A DNA stretch of 64,000 bases from the NCBI GenBank assembly GCA_031459875.1, contig JAVKHQ010000010.1:22281-86280 (forward strand), read 5' to 3'. Numbering within the stretch: the stretch's first letter is position 1; the number at the start of each line of letters is the position of its first letter. The translations under genes were made by a program, and so were the position numbers. Under the pieces are notes generated by a model. It saw nothing but the letters and a program-made list of their open reading frames with translations. It was not told where the DNA came from and did no database searches. Positions 30,033 through 39,018 of this stretch are shown one piece after another. The stretch is from Candidatus Fervidifonticultor sextus. GTDB lineage: Bacteria > Sysuimicrobiota > Sysuimicrobiia > Sysuimicrobiales > Humicultoraceae.

Positions 30033-30269
30033 TGAAGGCGTCAGGTGGTGAGGGACGCGACGACGCGGTCGCCGAAGGCCGCGGTGGAGAGGGCCGGCAG
30101 GCCCGCCCGCGAGGTCAGGCGTCCGTCCCCCGGCCGCGGTGACGCGCTCCCCGGCTGTCAGCGCCAGTGGTAAACTCCTCATAACGCCGAAGTAAGAGTC
30201 CTCACCTCAACAGAATCAGGGTCACCAAATCCGTGGCTTGGAGGAGGTGCCCCGACTGCTGCGAGGGGT

Positions 30270-30500
30270 CCGAGGGCCAGTCAAAATTCCATGAGCAGCC
30301 CCAGTCATCACTGCGCCACCAGTCTGTCGTTCCCCTTCATCATGCTGCGCTGCAACGCCGTGCGCAGTTGCGGCAGCGCACAGTAGCCGCGCAGCCGCGT
30401 ACGTCGGCTGCCGATAGGCGTCGTGTAGCTTGGCCCGCCAGGTGGCCCGAAGATGGTTAACGAGGTAGGCGACCACATTCTCCTGTCCGCCAGGCTCCGT
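30270..30500 (-). mobile_element. IS256-family transposase remnant
   Basis: ENVVAYL...RATWRAKLHDAYRQPTYAAA joined to C-terminal LPQLRTALQR in another frame; GAATTTTGACT resembles an IS end. Confidence 0.5.
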
Positions 30501-30535
30501 CCACAGATCTCTCGCGCCGCCATCCACAAAGCGCA

Positions 30536-30559
30536 GGAGGCGGGGTCACCCCCGCCTCC
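30536..30559 (-). terminator. Hairpin downstream of glnA
   Basis: GGAGGCGGGG-4 nt loop-CCCCGCCTCC, weak U tract. Confidence 0.65.
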
Positions 30560-30584
30560 CCTCGAGCCTCCCACGGGAAAGAGC

Positions 30585-32039
30585 CTACGCGTCGTAGTAC
30601 AGGTAGAACTCGGACGGATGCGGCCGCAGCCGGATGAAGTCCACGTCCTTCTTGCGCTTCGTCTCGATGTAGGTCTCGATGAGATCCTCGGTGAAGACAC
30701 CGCCTTCCAGCAGGAAGCCGTGGTCCTTCTCCAGCGCGGCGAGCGCCGCGTCCAGCGATCCCGGGACCTGCTTCACCTTCGCCGCCTTGGACGGCGGCAG
30801 CTCGTAGAGGTCCACGTCCATCGGCTCGCCGGGGTCGATCCGGTTCTTGATTCCGTCCAGCCCCGCCATGGTCATGGCCGCAAACGCGAGATACGGGTTG
30901 CAGGTCGGGTCCGGCGGTCGGTACTCGATCCGCACCGCCTTCGGGTTGGACGAGTAGACGGGGATGCGCACCGCCGCGCTGCGGTTCCGCTTGGAGTAGA
31001 CCAGGTTGACCGGCGCCTCGAACCCCGGCACCAGCCGGCGGTAGGAGTTGGTCGTCGGCGCGCACAGCGCCAGCAGCGCCGGGGAATGCCGGAGCAGCCC
31101 GCCGATGTACCAGCGCGCGATCTCGCTGGTGTTCGCGTAGCCGTTCGGATCGTAGAAGATGTTCCGGCCGTCCTTCCACAGGCTCTGGTGCGTGTGCATC
31201 CCCGACCCGTTGTCGCCAAAGAGCGGCTTGGGCATGAACGTCGCCGTCTTGAAGTGCGAGCGGGCCAGCATCTTGACCAGGTACTTGTAGAGCTGCATCT
31301 GGTCGGCCATGCGGGTCAGGCCCTTGTAGCGCATGTCGATCTCGCACTGCCCGGCCGTGGCGACCTCGTGGTGGTGCACCTCGACCTCGATGCCGGCCTC
31401 CTGCATCTTGAGCACGAGTTCGCTGCGGAAGTCCTGCAGGCTGTCCGAGGGCGGGACCGGGAAGTACCCTTCCTTGTAGCGCGGCTTGTAGGCCAGGTTG
31501 GGCTTCTCTTCGCGGCCGGAGTTCCAGGCCCCCTCGTTGCTGTCCACGAAGTAGAAGGCCGCGTTGGTGGTCTGGTCGAAGCGGACGTCGTCGAAGACGA
31601 AGAACTCGGCCTCAGGCCCGAAGTACGCATCGGTGGCGATCCCGGACGCCTTGATGTACTCCTCCGCCTTCTGGGCCACGTAGCGCGGGTCGCGGGTGTA
31701 GCGACCGCGCGTGACGGGGTCGTACACGTCGCACGTCAGGAGCATGGTGGTCACGCGGCTGAGGGGGTCGATGACCGCGCTGCCCGGATCCGCCAGCAGG
31801 ATCATGTCGCTCTCGTGGATGTGCTGGAAGCCGCGGATGCTGCTGCCGTCGAAGCCGATCCCCTCCTCGAAGAGGTCGGGGGTGAGCTCCCTGACCGGAA
31901 TCGAGAAGTGCTGCCACATCCCGAAGAGATCGGTGAAGCGCAGATCGACGATCTGCACCCCCAGCTCCCGCGCCATCTCCATCACCTTCGTCGGGCTGGC
32001 GGCGACACCGGCGGAAGGACGATCACCGACTATGGCCAT
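30585..32039 (-). CDS. glnA: Glutamine synthetase type I
   Basis: FDGSSIRGF, GPEAEFF, HHEVATAGQCEI, TFMPKPLFGDNGSGMH, NSYRRLVPGFEAP, NRSAAVRIP, NPYLAF, adenylylation-type DLY; ATG 32039 with GGAGG RBS. Confidence 0.97.
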   Translation of the reverse strand: MAIVGDRPSAGVAASPTKVMEMARELGVQIVDLRFTDLFGMWQHFSIPVRELTPDLFEEGIGFDGSSIRGFQHIHESDMILLADPGSAVIDPLSRVTTMLLTCDVYDPVTRGRYTRDPRYVAQKAEEYIKASGIATDAYFGPEAEFFVFDDVRFDQTTNAAFYFVDSNEGAWNSGREEKPNLAYKPRYKEGYFPVPPSDSLQDFRSELVLKMQEAGIEVEVHHHEVATAGQCEIDMRYKGLTRMADQMQLYKYLVKMLARSHFKTATFMPKPLFGDNGSGMHTHQSLWKDGRNIFYDPNGYANTSEIARWYIGGLLRHSPALLALCAPTTNSYRRLVPGFEAPVNLVYSKRNRSAAVRIPVYSSNPKAVRIEYRPPDPTCNPYLAFAAMTMAGLDGIKNRIDPGEPMDVDLYELPPSKAAKVKQVPGSLDAALAALEKDHGFLLEGGVFTEDLIETYIETKRKKDVDFIRLRPHPSEFYLYYDA

Positions 32040-32074
32040 GCCTCTTCCCTCCCTACTCCCCGCCACAGGGGCGG

Positions 32075-32140
32075 GGTGAAAATAGACACGGCGCCCCTCG
32101 CAGGGGCGCCGTGGCCCAACCGCGGTTCTATGCGCTTGGC
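32075..32140 (-). promoter_or_regulatory. Structured glnA leader containing an intrinsic terminator (attenuator)
   Basis: 12-bp stem CACGGCGCCCCT/AGGGGCGCCGTG followed by TCTATTTT, between the promoter and the RBS. Confidence 0.7.
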
Positions 32141-32143
32141 CGT

Positions 32144-32172
32144 ACTATAGCAGGCTGACCTGTAGCCGTCAA
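32144..32172 (-). promoter_or_regulatory. glnA sigma70 promoter
   Basis: TTGACG-17 nt-TATAGT. Confidence 0.75.
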
Positions 32173-32179
32173 CGGGCCT

Positions 32180-32211
32180 GGGGTCTTGGGGTCTTGGGGG
32201 TCTTGGGTCTT
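32180..32211 (+). repeat. (G3-5)TCTT tandem repeat, 4 copies
   Basis: ggggtcttggggtcttgggggtcttgggtctt. Confidence 0.8.
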
Positions 32212-32256
32212 CGGGTCGGCGGGGGTCCGGCGGGAGACTTCGCCCCGGGTCGCCCC

Positions 32257-32754
32257 TCAAACGTCGCCGGGAGCGGCCCGCCGGATCCACGGGACCCGGT
32301 CGAACGCGCTGTCAGCAGAGGCCAGCAGCGTGATGTCCCCTGCTTGCATGTAGAGGGGGATGAGCGAATCGTTGACGAGGAGCCCGTAGACCTGTCGGTA
32401 CTCCTGGCTCTTTGCAAGGAAATCACCAGGGAGCACCAGCGTCCCGACCCCCATCTGGGGGATCTTCATGGTGGAGAAGTGGTATTTGAACAGCCGCTTG
32501 ACGAGAGCGGGGCGCCGGGCCAGATGGGCGGCAGGGTTGCGCGCGGGCTGCAACCCGCGCTCCAAGGCTTCGAGCAGCATGAGGCGATGCGCGACTTCCT
32601 GGAGAATCGTTTGCCCGGTCGAAGCCTGGAGGTCGCCGCTCTCCACCCGACTGAGGAACGCGGTGCACTCCTCGGATTGCCCGGCGAAGTGATAGATGAA
32701 GATGTTGGCATCGACAAACACGGGGCCCGGCCGGGGGATCTCAGTCAGTCTCAT
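32257..32754 (-). CDS. vapC: PIN-domain (VapC-like) toxin
   Basis: VFVDANIFIY, EVAHRLM, YGLLVNDSLI, LASADSAFDRV. Confidence 0.88.
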   Translation of the reverse strand: MRLTEIPRPGPVFVDANIFIYHFAGQSEECTAFLSRVESGDLQASTGQTILQEVAHRLMLLEALERGLQPARNPAAHLARRPALVKRLFKYHFSTMKIPQMGVGTLVLPGDFLAKSQEYRQVYGLLVNDSLIPLYMQAGDITLLASADSAFDRVPWIRRAAPGDV

Positions 32755-32971
32755 AGAGATCCTCTTCCAGGACTGTGCGCAGCGTCTTGGCGGATGCGCG
32801 GAACGTCCCCCGGGTTTCCTTCACCACGGAAGCACCTGACAGCCGGCCAGCCAGGAACCGTTCCAGCGCTTCAGCGATGACCTCATTCAGGCTGCGGCCT
32901 TCCAGACGTGCCAGGGCCTTGGCCTTCAAGTAGAGGCCTTCGTCGAGGGTCGTGCCCACTTTCCGCTTCAC
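32741..32971 (-). CDS. Ribbon-helix-helix antitoxin (VapB-like)
   Basis: KVGTTLDEGLY..AKALA..EGRSLNEVIAEALERFL; overlaps the toxin start; AGGAGG RBS. Confidence 0.8.
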   Translation of the reverse strand: MKRKVGTTLDEGLYLKAKALARLEGRSLNEVIAEALERFLAGRLSGASVVKETRGTFRASAKTLRTVLEEDLYETD

Positions 32972-32991
32972 CGAGAGGTCCCTCCTGTCCG

Positions 32992-33044
32992 ATCCTAGGC
33001 GCCCGGAGCCTAGCCGTCAAGATGACTGTCTAGATTTCTAGACA
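32992..33044 (-). promoter_or_regulatory. TA promoter and palindromic operator
   Basis: TTGACG-17-TAGGAT (33020-32992); inverted repeat TGTCTAGA-TT-TCTAGACA (33027-33044). Confidence 0.7.
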
Positions 33045-33046
33045 CT

Positions 33047-35593
33047 CTACCTGAGAGCCGCAAGTTCGCGGGGCTCGACCTTGCGGTACACTTCCTGGGG
33101 CGAACGCCGCCGCCCACCCACCGTCAGCAGCGCCTGCACCGGAATCCCGAACAGCCGCTCGTTCTCCTCGAGGTAGGGGAGGATCGTCGCCCAGTCTTCG
33201 TCCGTCAGGTCGGCGTAGCGCCCGCCGTTGAGTTGGGAGTCCTCCAGGCGGCGGTGGGGATCCCGTGCAAAGATCGCCCCGCCCGAGGCCAGCGAGAACA
33301 GGTTGCCGCCAGGGTAGGGCGTCTCCAGGTCGACCATCCGGCCCTCGGCGTCAAAGGTGATGCCGTTGAGGATCACGAAGCCCCCGCCCTGGGTGGGGAC
33401 GCCCGCCATGAAGGACTCCGCCAGGTAGTCCAGCGCCGTACCGTTGATCACCACCCGCGGCCGGCCCACCGCGTTGATGAGCGGCCGCCCCGCGGCGTTG
33501 CCCAGCACGAAGACGTCGCCCCCCTTGGCGCCGTAGAGGAAGGTCTGCCCGACGTCCCCGTGGATCACCAGGCGGCCGCTCTTGAGGATCTGCCCGTACT
33601 GGTCCTGGCCGCTGCCGTGCACGACCACGGTCATCCCGTCGAGGCCCGACCCGAGATAGTCGCCCGGACTGCCGTAGACATCCAGCCGCACCCCCTCGGT
33701 CCGCGGACCGAAGCCGCACCCGATGAACCGCTGCCCCCGCACGTCGAAGACGGTCATGCGGCGCCAGCCGCGCCGGAAGGCTTCGACCAAGTGCAGCGCC
33801 AGGCTCTGGGCGCCCTCGGACGGGAAGCCCACCCCGTCGACCAACAACAGGGCGCCGGGATCCCCTGCCGGGAGCCTGCCACGTGAGGTCCAGTCAATTC
33901 GCCGGACACCGGTCCACTTCGACGGCACCGACCGGAAGATGGCGAAGAGGCGCTCCTGGAGGAGGGCTGTGACCGAGGCGCGCCGCTTGCGGCCCGTCGG
34001 GTAGCGGGCGTCCAGCAACGCGGTGAGGGTCTCTGCGGCCCGGCAGAACAGTTCCGGCCCGGACGCGGCGGCGCGCTCCACCGCGTCGAGCCAGCCGGTC
34101 AGATCCTCATAAGTCCAGGCAGCGAGCTGCCGGCGGGCGGCATCGGCATCGAGCACTTCCCCGGCTCCCTCGGCCGGCCGCACCGGGACGGCTGCGGGGA
34201 CCGGGCGCAGGGTGACCGGAATCGAGCGCAGGTAGTGGACCTGATCCGGCGGGACCCGCACCTGCTGGCCGAACTTGTTCGTGCAGACCAGACGCGCCGC
34301 CGCGCCGGTCGCCTCGACCGTGTAGATGAAGGCGCCGCCGTCCGTGTACGACCCGCCCCGCGCATTCCAGTAGCGGTCGGCCACCGGGCAGATGCGCGGG
34401 TCGTCGCGCGCCAGACTGCGCAGGGCGGCATCGATGGCCTGTTTTTCCGACGCGATGATCCCGATCTGGACCTCCCCCTCCTGGAGGCTGAAGACCTGAG
34501 GGCGCAGCATCGAGGTATCGGTGATCCCGATCAGCTGCCAGGCCTCCCCGCCCCGCAGGGTTCGGGCGACGATGAAGAACCACGGGCCGTCGGGCGACCC
34601 GTGGATGTGGGCGGCCTGGATCGCGCGGTAGAGGCGCTGCTTCTCCGGCGGCAGCATCCGGAAGTCGCGCTCGGTGGTCGGCGCCATCGCCTCCAGCAGG
34701 ACCTCCAGCGGATACCGGTACGTCCGGGCCCACAGGTCGAACAGCAGCACCGCCACCTCGGTGTCGGTCAGGAAGAGGGGAAAGAGCCCGCGCTGGGCCA
34801 GGTACTCGCAGACGGCGTGGTAGTTGGCGAAGTCGCCGTTGTGGACCAGGGCGACGTCGAGGGCCGCAAAAGGATGCGCGCCGCCGGGGTGCCAGACCCG
34901 CCCCTTGGTGGGATACCGCTGGTGCCCGATCCAGACGCGGGCCGCCATCTCCTCCATCCGGTAGTACCGGAACGCCTGCTCGGCGTAGCCCACGATCTTG
35001 AGGACCAGCATATCCCGACCGTAGGACATGACGAAGGCGCGCATGCGGCCGTCTGCGTACAATGCCCGGTTGAGGCGGAAGGCCCACTGGCTGAGGAACT
35101 CGTCCTCGGCGTCTTGCGCTTCGAGGTCGCCCAGCCCGCGCTCGCGGACGAACCGCTCGAGGACATCGGGCCGCACCCGGGCGAAGAAGCGCCAGACCTC
35201 GGGCGGGCGGACCTCCAGGCCCAGGTCGCGGTGATCGTCGACCGTGGGGATCCGGTAGCCCTGGACGACCTCCAGGTCGCCGAGGAACTGCGTCTCGACG
35301 TCGGCGCGCGCCGAGGTGTCGAGGAGCGCCACCTGGATCAGGTAGGCGCCCGCGAGGGTGGCCCGGTCCACGCCCAGCTGCTCGGGGAGGAGGCCGCAGG
35401 CCGCCAGGCCGCCCCCCTTGCCGTTGCCCCGGTTGTGCATCTGCATGCAGGGCAGCAGGATGTGCGCACCGGCGACCGGCACCGAGGCGGCCAGACCGAC
35501 GACGCCGCAGCCGCCCTCGGCTTCCGCAGGGCGCACGGGGAGCGCCGACGCCCCCAGCGCCCGCCGCGCGCGGACCAGCGCCCCGATCCTCAC
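33047..35593 (-). CDS. Glutamate synthase subunit: class II glutamine amidotransferase fused to GXGXG domain
   Basis: AEGGCGVVG (nucleophile Cys), HQRYPT, HPF, HNGDFAN, DTSMLRP; C-terminal GQRFIGCG, GDYLGSG, GAKGG; GTGA overlap at 35593. Confidence 0.88.
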   Translation of the reverse strand: MRIGALVRARRALGASALPVRPAEAEGGCGVVGLAASVPVAGAHILLPCMQMHNRGNGKGGGLAACGLLPEQLGVDRATLAGAYLIQVALLDTSARADVETQFLGDLEVVQGYRIPTVDDHRDLGLEVRPPEVWRFFARVRPDVLERFVRERGLGDLEAQDAEDEFLSQWAFRLNRALYADGRMRAFVMSYGRDMLVLKIVGYAEQAFRYYRMEEMAARVWIGHQRYPTKGRVWHPGGAHPFAALDVALVHNGDFANYHAVCEYLAQRGLFPLFLTDTEVAVLLFDLWARTYRYPLEVLLEAMAPTTERDFRMLPPEKQRLYRAIQAAHIHGSPDGPWFFIVARTLRGGEAWQLIGITDTSMLRPQVFSLQEGEVQIGIIASEKQAIDAALRSLARDDPRICPVADRYWNARGGSYTDGGAFIYTVEATGAAARLVCTNKFGQQVRVPPDQVHYLRSIPVTLRPVPAAVPVRPAEGAGEVLDADAARRQLAAWTYEDLTGWLDAVERAAASGPELFCRAAETLTALLDARYPTGRKRRASVTALLQERLFAIFRSVPSKWTGVRRIDWTSRGRLPAGDPGALLLVDGVGFPSEGAQSLALHLVEAFRRGWRRMTVFDVRGQRFIGCGFGPRTEGVRLDVYGSPGDYLGSGLDGMTVVVHGSGQDQYGQILKSGRLVIHGDVGQTFLYGAKGGDVFVLGNAAGRPLINAVGRPRVVINGTALDYLAESFMAGVPTQGGGFVILNGITFDAEGRMVDLETPYPGGNLFSLASGGAIFARDPHRRLEDSQLNGGRYADLTDEDWATILPYLEENERLFGIPVQALLTVGGRRRSPQEVYRKVEPRELAALR

Positions 35594-38085
35594 CCGAGCG
35601 CCCTCCCCCCGCCGGCCACGTAGCGCAGCAGGTCGGTCCGGCCCCGCAGGTCGGCGATCGAGCGCAGCCCGAGGCGGCTCGTGATCTCCCGCAGGACGAC
35701 CATCCAGGCCCGGTAGAGGTTGGCGATGCGCCTGGTGCCCCAATCGGGGTCAATCAACCTGCTGAGGTCGGGGTCGGTGGTGGTGATCCCAAACGGACAG
35801 CCCCTGCCCTTCTCGCAGTCGGCCAGCCGCGTGCAGCCCAGGGCCACCAGGTCGGCCATCCCGACGACCACGCCGTCGGCGCCCAACGCGATCGCCTTGG
35901 CCGCATCATAGGGTGTCCGGATCCCCCCGCTGGCGATCAGCACGATCTCGTCGCGGATGCCCTCCTGCACCAGGAACCGGTGCACCTTGGGGATGGCGTA
36001 CTCGATGGGCATGGCGATGTTCTTCTTGGCGATCTCCGGTGCCGCCCCGGTGCCGCCGTAGCCGCCGTCCAGATGGACGATGTGCGCGCCGGCATGGTAG
36101 ATGCCGACGGCGACCATGTCCACATCCGTCGGGGTCGAGACCTTGACCGACACCAAAGCACGCGGGTTGACCGTCCGGATCCAGTCCACGTGCTTCTTGT
36201 GGTCCTCGACCGAGTAGACGCTGTGGAACGGGAACGGCGAGTAGAGGCTGATCCAGGCCACCGATTCCCGCATCGAGGCCACGGCCTCGGTCACCTTGCC
36301 GCCGAGCAGGTGGCCGCCCAGACCGGGTTTGGCGCCCTGGGCGTACTTGAACTCCACGAAGCGGGCGCGCTGGATGGTCTCCTCGCGGACGCCGAACAGC
36401 CCGGTCGCGACCTGCGTGATGATGTGGTCCGCCCACGGGATCAGCTCGTCGGGGTAGCCGCCCTCACCGGTCGAGGTGAAGGTGCCGATCTCGGCGGCGG
36501 CGCGCGCGCGGGCCAGCATGGTCTGCAGGCTCACCGAACCGAACGACATCCCGCCCCCGTAGACAGGCAGGGGAATCGCAATCTCCGGGCCGAATCCGCG
36601 GCGGTTGAGGTGGAGCGAGATGTCCACCTGGTCGGCTCCGACCCTCTCCGGAGGCTCCCAGGCGGGGTCGACCTCGAAGACGAACCGCAGCACGTCGAAG
36701 CCGCCGCCGGAGCGGCCGATGGCGTAGTCGCCATGCGCGGGGGGCCGGCCGGTCTCCGCCATCGTCCAGGTCGCCTGCAGCACCTCGGGCGTCCAGCGCA
36801 GGTCGCCCAGGACCGGCGCCTCGCCGACCACGGGCCCGTCGGACGCGCCGTTTGGATGGACTGCCGGGAACAACGCCCGGAACTGCGCCTCCTCGGCCGC
36901 ATGGAAGATGACCCGTCCCACCTCGCCGCGCAGCCGCCGGACCTCGCGCATCCCCATGGCGCCCAGACACTCCAGCAGCTGGTCCCGCCAGGCGGCCATC
37001 AGGTTGACGAGGCGCCGGGCGCCCCACGCCGGGTCGAACTCGCCGGCCTCGGCGCCGCAGTGACTGCGGTCGGCCCACAGCGCGCACCCCAGGGCGACCG
37101 GCAGCGTGAAGTCCACCGCCACCAGGTCGGCGCCGCAGGCAATCGCCTTGGGGACGTGCTCGGCGGAAGCAATGCCGCCGCTGACGATGAGGGTGACGCG
37201 GTCGCGGATCGCGTCTTCGACAAGGCGCCCGTGGACGGCGCGGAGCACGTCGGCGACGAAGCCGGCGGGGGTCTGCCCGTACTCGTCGGCGTAGAGGTGC
37301 AGGACCGCGGCCCCCCGGCCCACCAGGTGGGCCGCCAGCGCCGGCGTCTGCGGGCCCAGGGGCAGGTGGAAACCGACCACAGCGCTGGGGCGCTCCTCGG
37401 CGACGCGGGCGGCCGCCTGCAGGAGTCCGTCGGCAGCCTGCGACTCTTCGCCCTCCAGTTCCAGGTAGGGGACGCGCATCCACAGACTGCGCAGCGCCTC
37501 CAGCCGGCCCACCGGGATGCGCAGGGCCAGGGCCTTTGCATGGGGGTCCAGGTCTGGCTGCCACTGGTCCGGCTCGACGAGGGCCAGGGTGCCCAGATCC
37601 CGCGCGGCCATCGCCACGGCGAGCACGGGGTTCCGGTTGGGCGAAGGCAGCGGGTAGGGGTTGAAGATCACAGGGATGGGCAGTTCGAGCAGACCGAGAG
37701 GCCCGGACGGCTGGTCCGCCACCACCTCGGGCGGCCGCCCCAGATCCACAGAGGTCGAGATGTACTCGCGGCCGTGGATGCCGTCACGGGTGGGGCGCAC
37801 GATCTCCGACATGTCCAGCCACAGGCCGTCGAACCCGGGGCCGGCAAACGGCCCGCCGTACCCGGCGCCCGAGATGGGAATCTTCCCGCGCTCCGCCATG
37901 TACCAGGTCTGGGTGATGATCTCCGGTGTCCAGTAGGGATCGACCGTGCCGCCGGTCTCGAAAGGCGCGTGGCCGTACTTGACGTACTCGTCCTGCTCCG
38001 CGAGGCGGAAGCGCGCCGGGGGCGCGAAGGGGGTCGGGGCGGCGCGGGTCTCGATGTGGTATCGAGTGCCGGCCAGGGTCTTCAC
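35590..38085 (-). CDS. Glutamate synthase subunit with tandem FMN-barrel-type modules
   Basis: GMSFGS, TGEGG, QVATGLFGV, EFKYAQGAKPGLGGHL, DGGYGGTGAAP, SGGIR, KAIALGAD, Cx5Cx5CP. Confidence 0.88.
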   Translation of the reverse strand: MKTLAGTRYHIETRAAPTPFAPPARFRLAEQDEYVKYGHAPFETGGTVDPYWTPEIITQTWYMAERGKIPISGAGYGGPFAGPGFDGLWLDMSEIVRPTRDGIHGREYISTSVDLGRPPEVVADQPSGPLGLLELPIPVIFNPYPLPSPNRNPVLAVAMAARDLGTLALVEPDQWQPDLDPHAKALALRIPVGRLEALRSLWMRVPYLELEGEESQAADGLLQAAARVAEERPSAVVGFHLPLGPQTPALAAHLVGRGAAVLHLYADEYGQTPAGFVADVLRAVHGRLVEDAIRDRVTLIVSGGIASAEHVPKAIACGADLVAVDFTLPVALGCALWADRSHCGAEAGEFDPAWGARRLVNLMAAWRDQLLECLGAMGMREVRRLRGEVGRVIFHAAEEAQFRALFPAVHPNGASDGPVVGEAPVLGDLRWTPEVLQATWTMAETGRPPAHGDYAIGRSGGGFDVLRFVFEVDPAWEPPERVGADQVDISLHLNRRGFGPEIAIPLPVYGGGMSFGSVSLQTMLARARAAAEIGTFTSTGEGGYPDELIPWADHIITQVATGLFGVREETIQRARFVEFKYAQGAKPGLGGHLLGGKVTEAVASMRESVAWISLYSPFPFHSVYSVEDHKKHVDWIRTVNPRALVSVKVSTPTDVDMVAVGIYHAGAHIVHLDGGYGGTGAAPEIAKKNIAMPIEYAIPKVHRFLVQEGIRDEIVLIASGGIRTPYDAAKAIALGADGVVVGMADLVALGCTRLADCEKGRGCPFGITTTDPDLSRLIDPDWGTRRIANLYRAWMVVLREITSRLGLRSIADLRGRTDLLRYVAGGGRALG

Positions 38086-38193
38086 AGCAGCGGCTGGTGC
38101 ACCCCTTGGGTCGGAATGCAGCCGGCATCACCCCTCGTGGGGGGACGCCCAATACGGATTACAGCATAGTCCTGCCGCTACTGGCCCGCAACG

Positions 38194-38964
38194 CTAGAAG
38201 TAGTTGGAGGTAATGCCCCCGTCGGCCACCAGCACCGCGCCGTTGGTCCAGCTGGACTCGTCGGAAGCGAGGTACATCGCCAGGTAGACGATGTCCTCAG
38301 GCCGGCCGAAGCGTCCCATCGGGATGCGCGCCAGCCGGATCCGTTTCGCCTCGGGATTGGTCAGCAGCCATTCCGTCAGCAGCGGCGTCTCGATGGGCCC
38401 GGGGCAGATGGCGTTGGTGCGGATGCCCTTCGGGCCGAACTGCACGGCCAGAGACTTGGTCAGGGCGATCACGCCGCCCTTGCTGGCAGTGTAGGCGTCC
38501 TGGGGGACGGTGCAGCCGACCAGCGCCACGAAGGACGCGACGTTGATGATGGACCCGCCGCCGGCCCGCAGCAGGGCCGGGATGCCGTGCTTGCAGACCA
38601 GGTAGATGCCCTTGAGGTTGACGTTGATGACCCGATCCCACACGGCTTCGTCCAGGTCCACGACCGAGCCGTCCTCGGCGGGGAAGATGCCCGCGTTGTT
38701 GTAGAGCACGTCGATGCGCCCGAAGGCGGCCTCGCCGGCGCGGACGGCCTCGGCCACGTCGGCCTCCCGGGCGACGTCGGTGCGAGCGAACACCGCCTGC
38801 CCGCCGGCGGCGCGCACCTGCGCGACCGTCTCCCGACCTGCCGCCTCGGCGATCTCGCTCACGACGATCCGCGCGCCTTCGCGCGCGAACATCACCGACG
38901 CCATACGCCCCATGCCGCTACCGGCCCCGGTGATCAGCACGACCTTGCCGTCCAGACGTCCCAT
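38194..38964 (-). CDS. SDR family oxidoreductase
   Basis: TGAGSGMG, NNAG, YTASKGG, CPGPIET. Confidence 0.93.
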   Translation of the reverse strand: MGRLDGKVVLITGAGSGMGRMASVMFAREGARIVVSEIAEAAGRETVAQVRAAGGQAVFARTDVAREADVAEAVRAGEAAFGRIDVLYNNAGIFPAEDGSVVDLDEAVWDRVINVNLKGIYLVCKHGIPALLRAGGGSIINVASFVALVGCTVPQDAYTASKGGVIALTKSLAVQFGPKGIRTNAICPGPIETPLLTEWLLTNPEAKRIRLARIPMGRFGRPEDIVYLAMYLASDESSWTNGAVLVADGGITSNYF

Positions 38965-39018
38965 CGCCGTCCCTCCGTCTTGCAGAGTAGCCCGCGTCCC
39001 GCTCCGTCGGGTGGGCGG

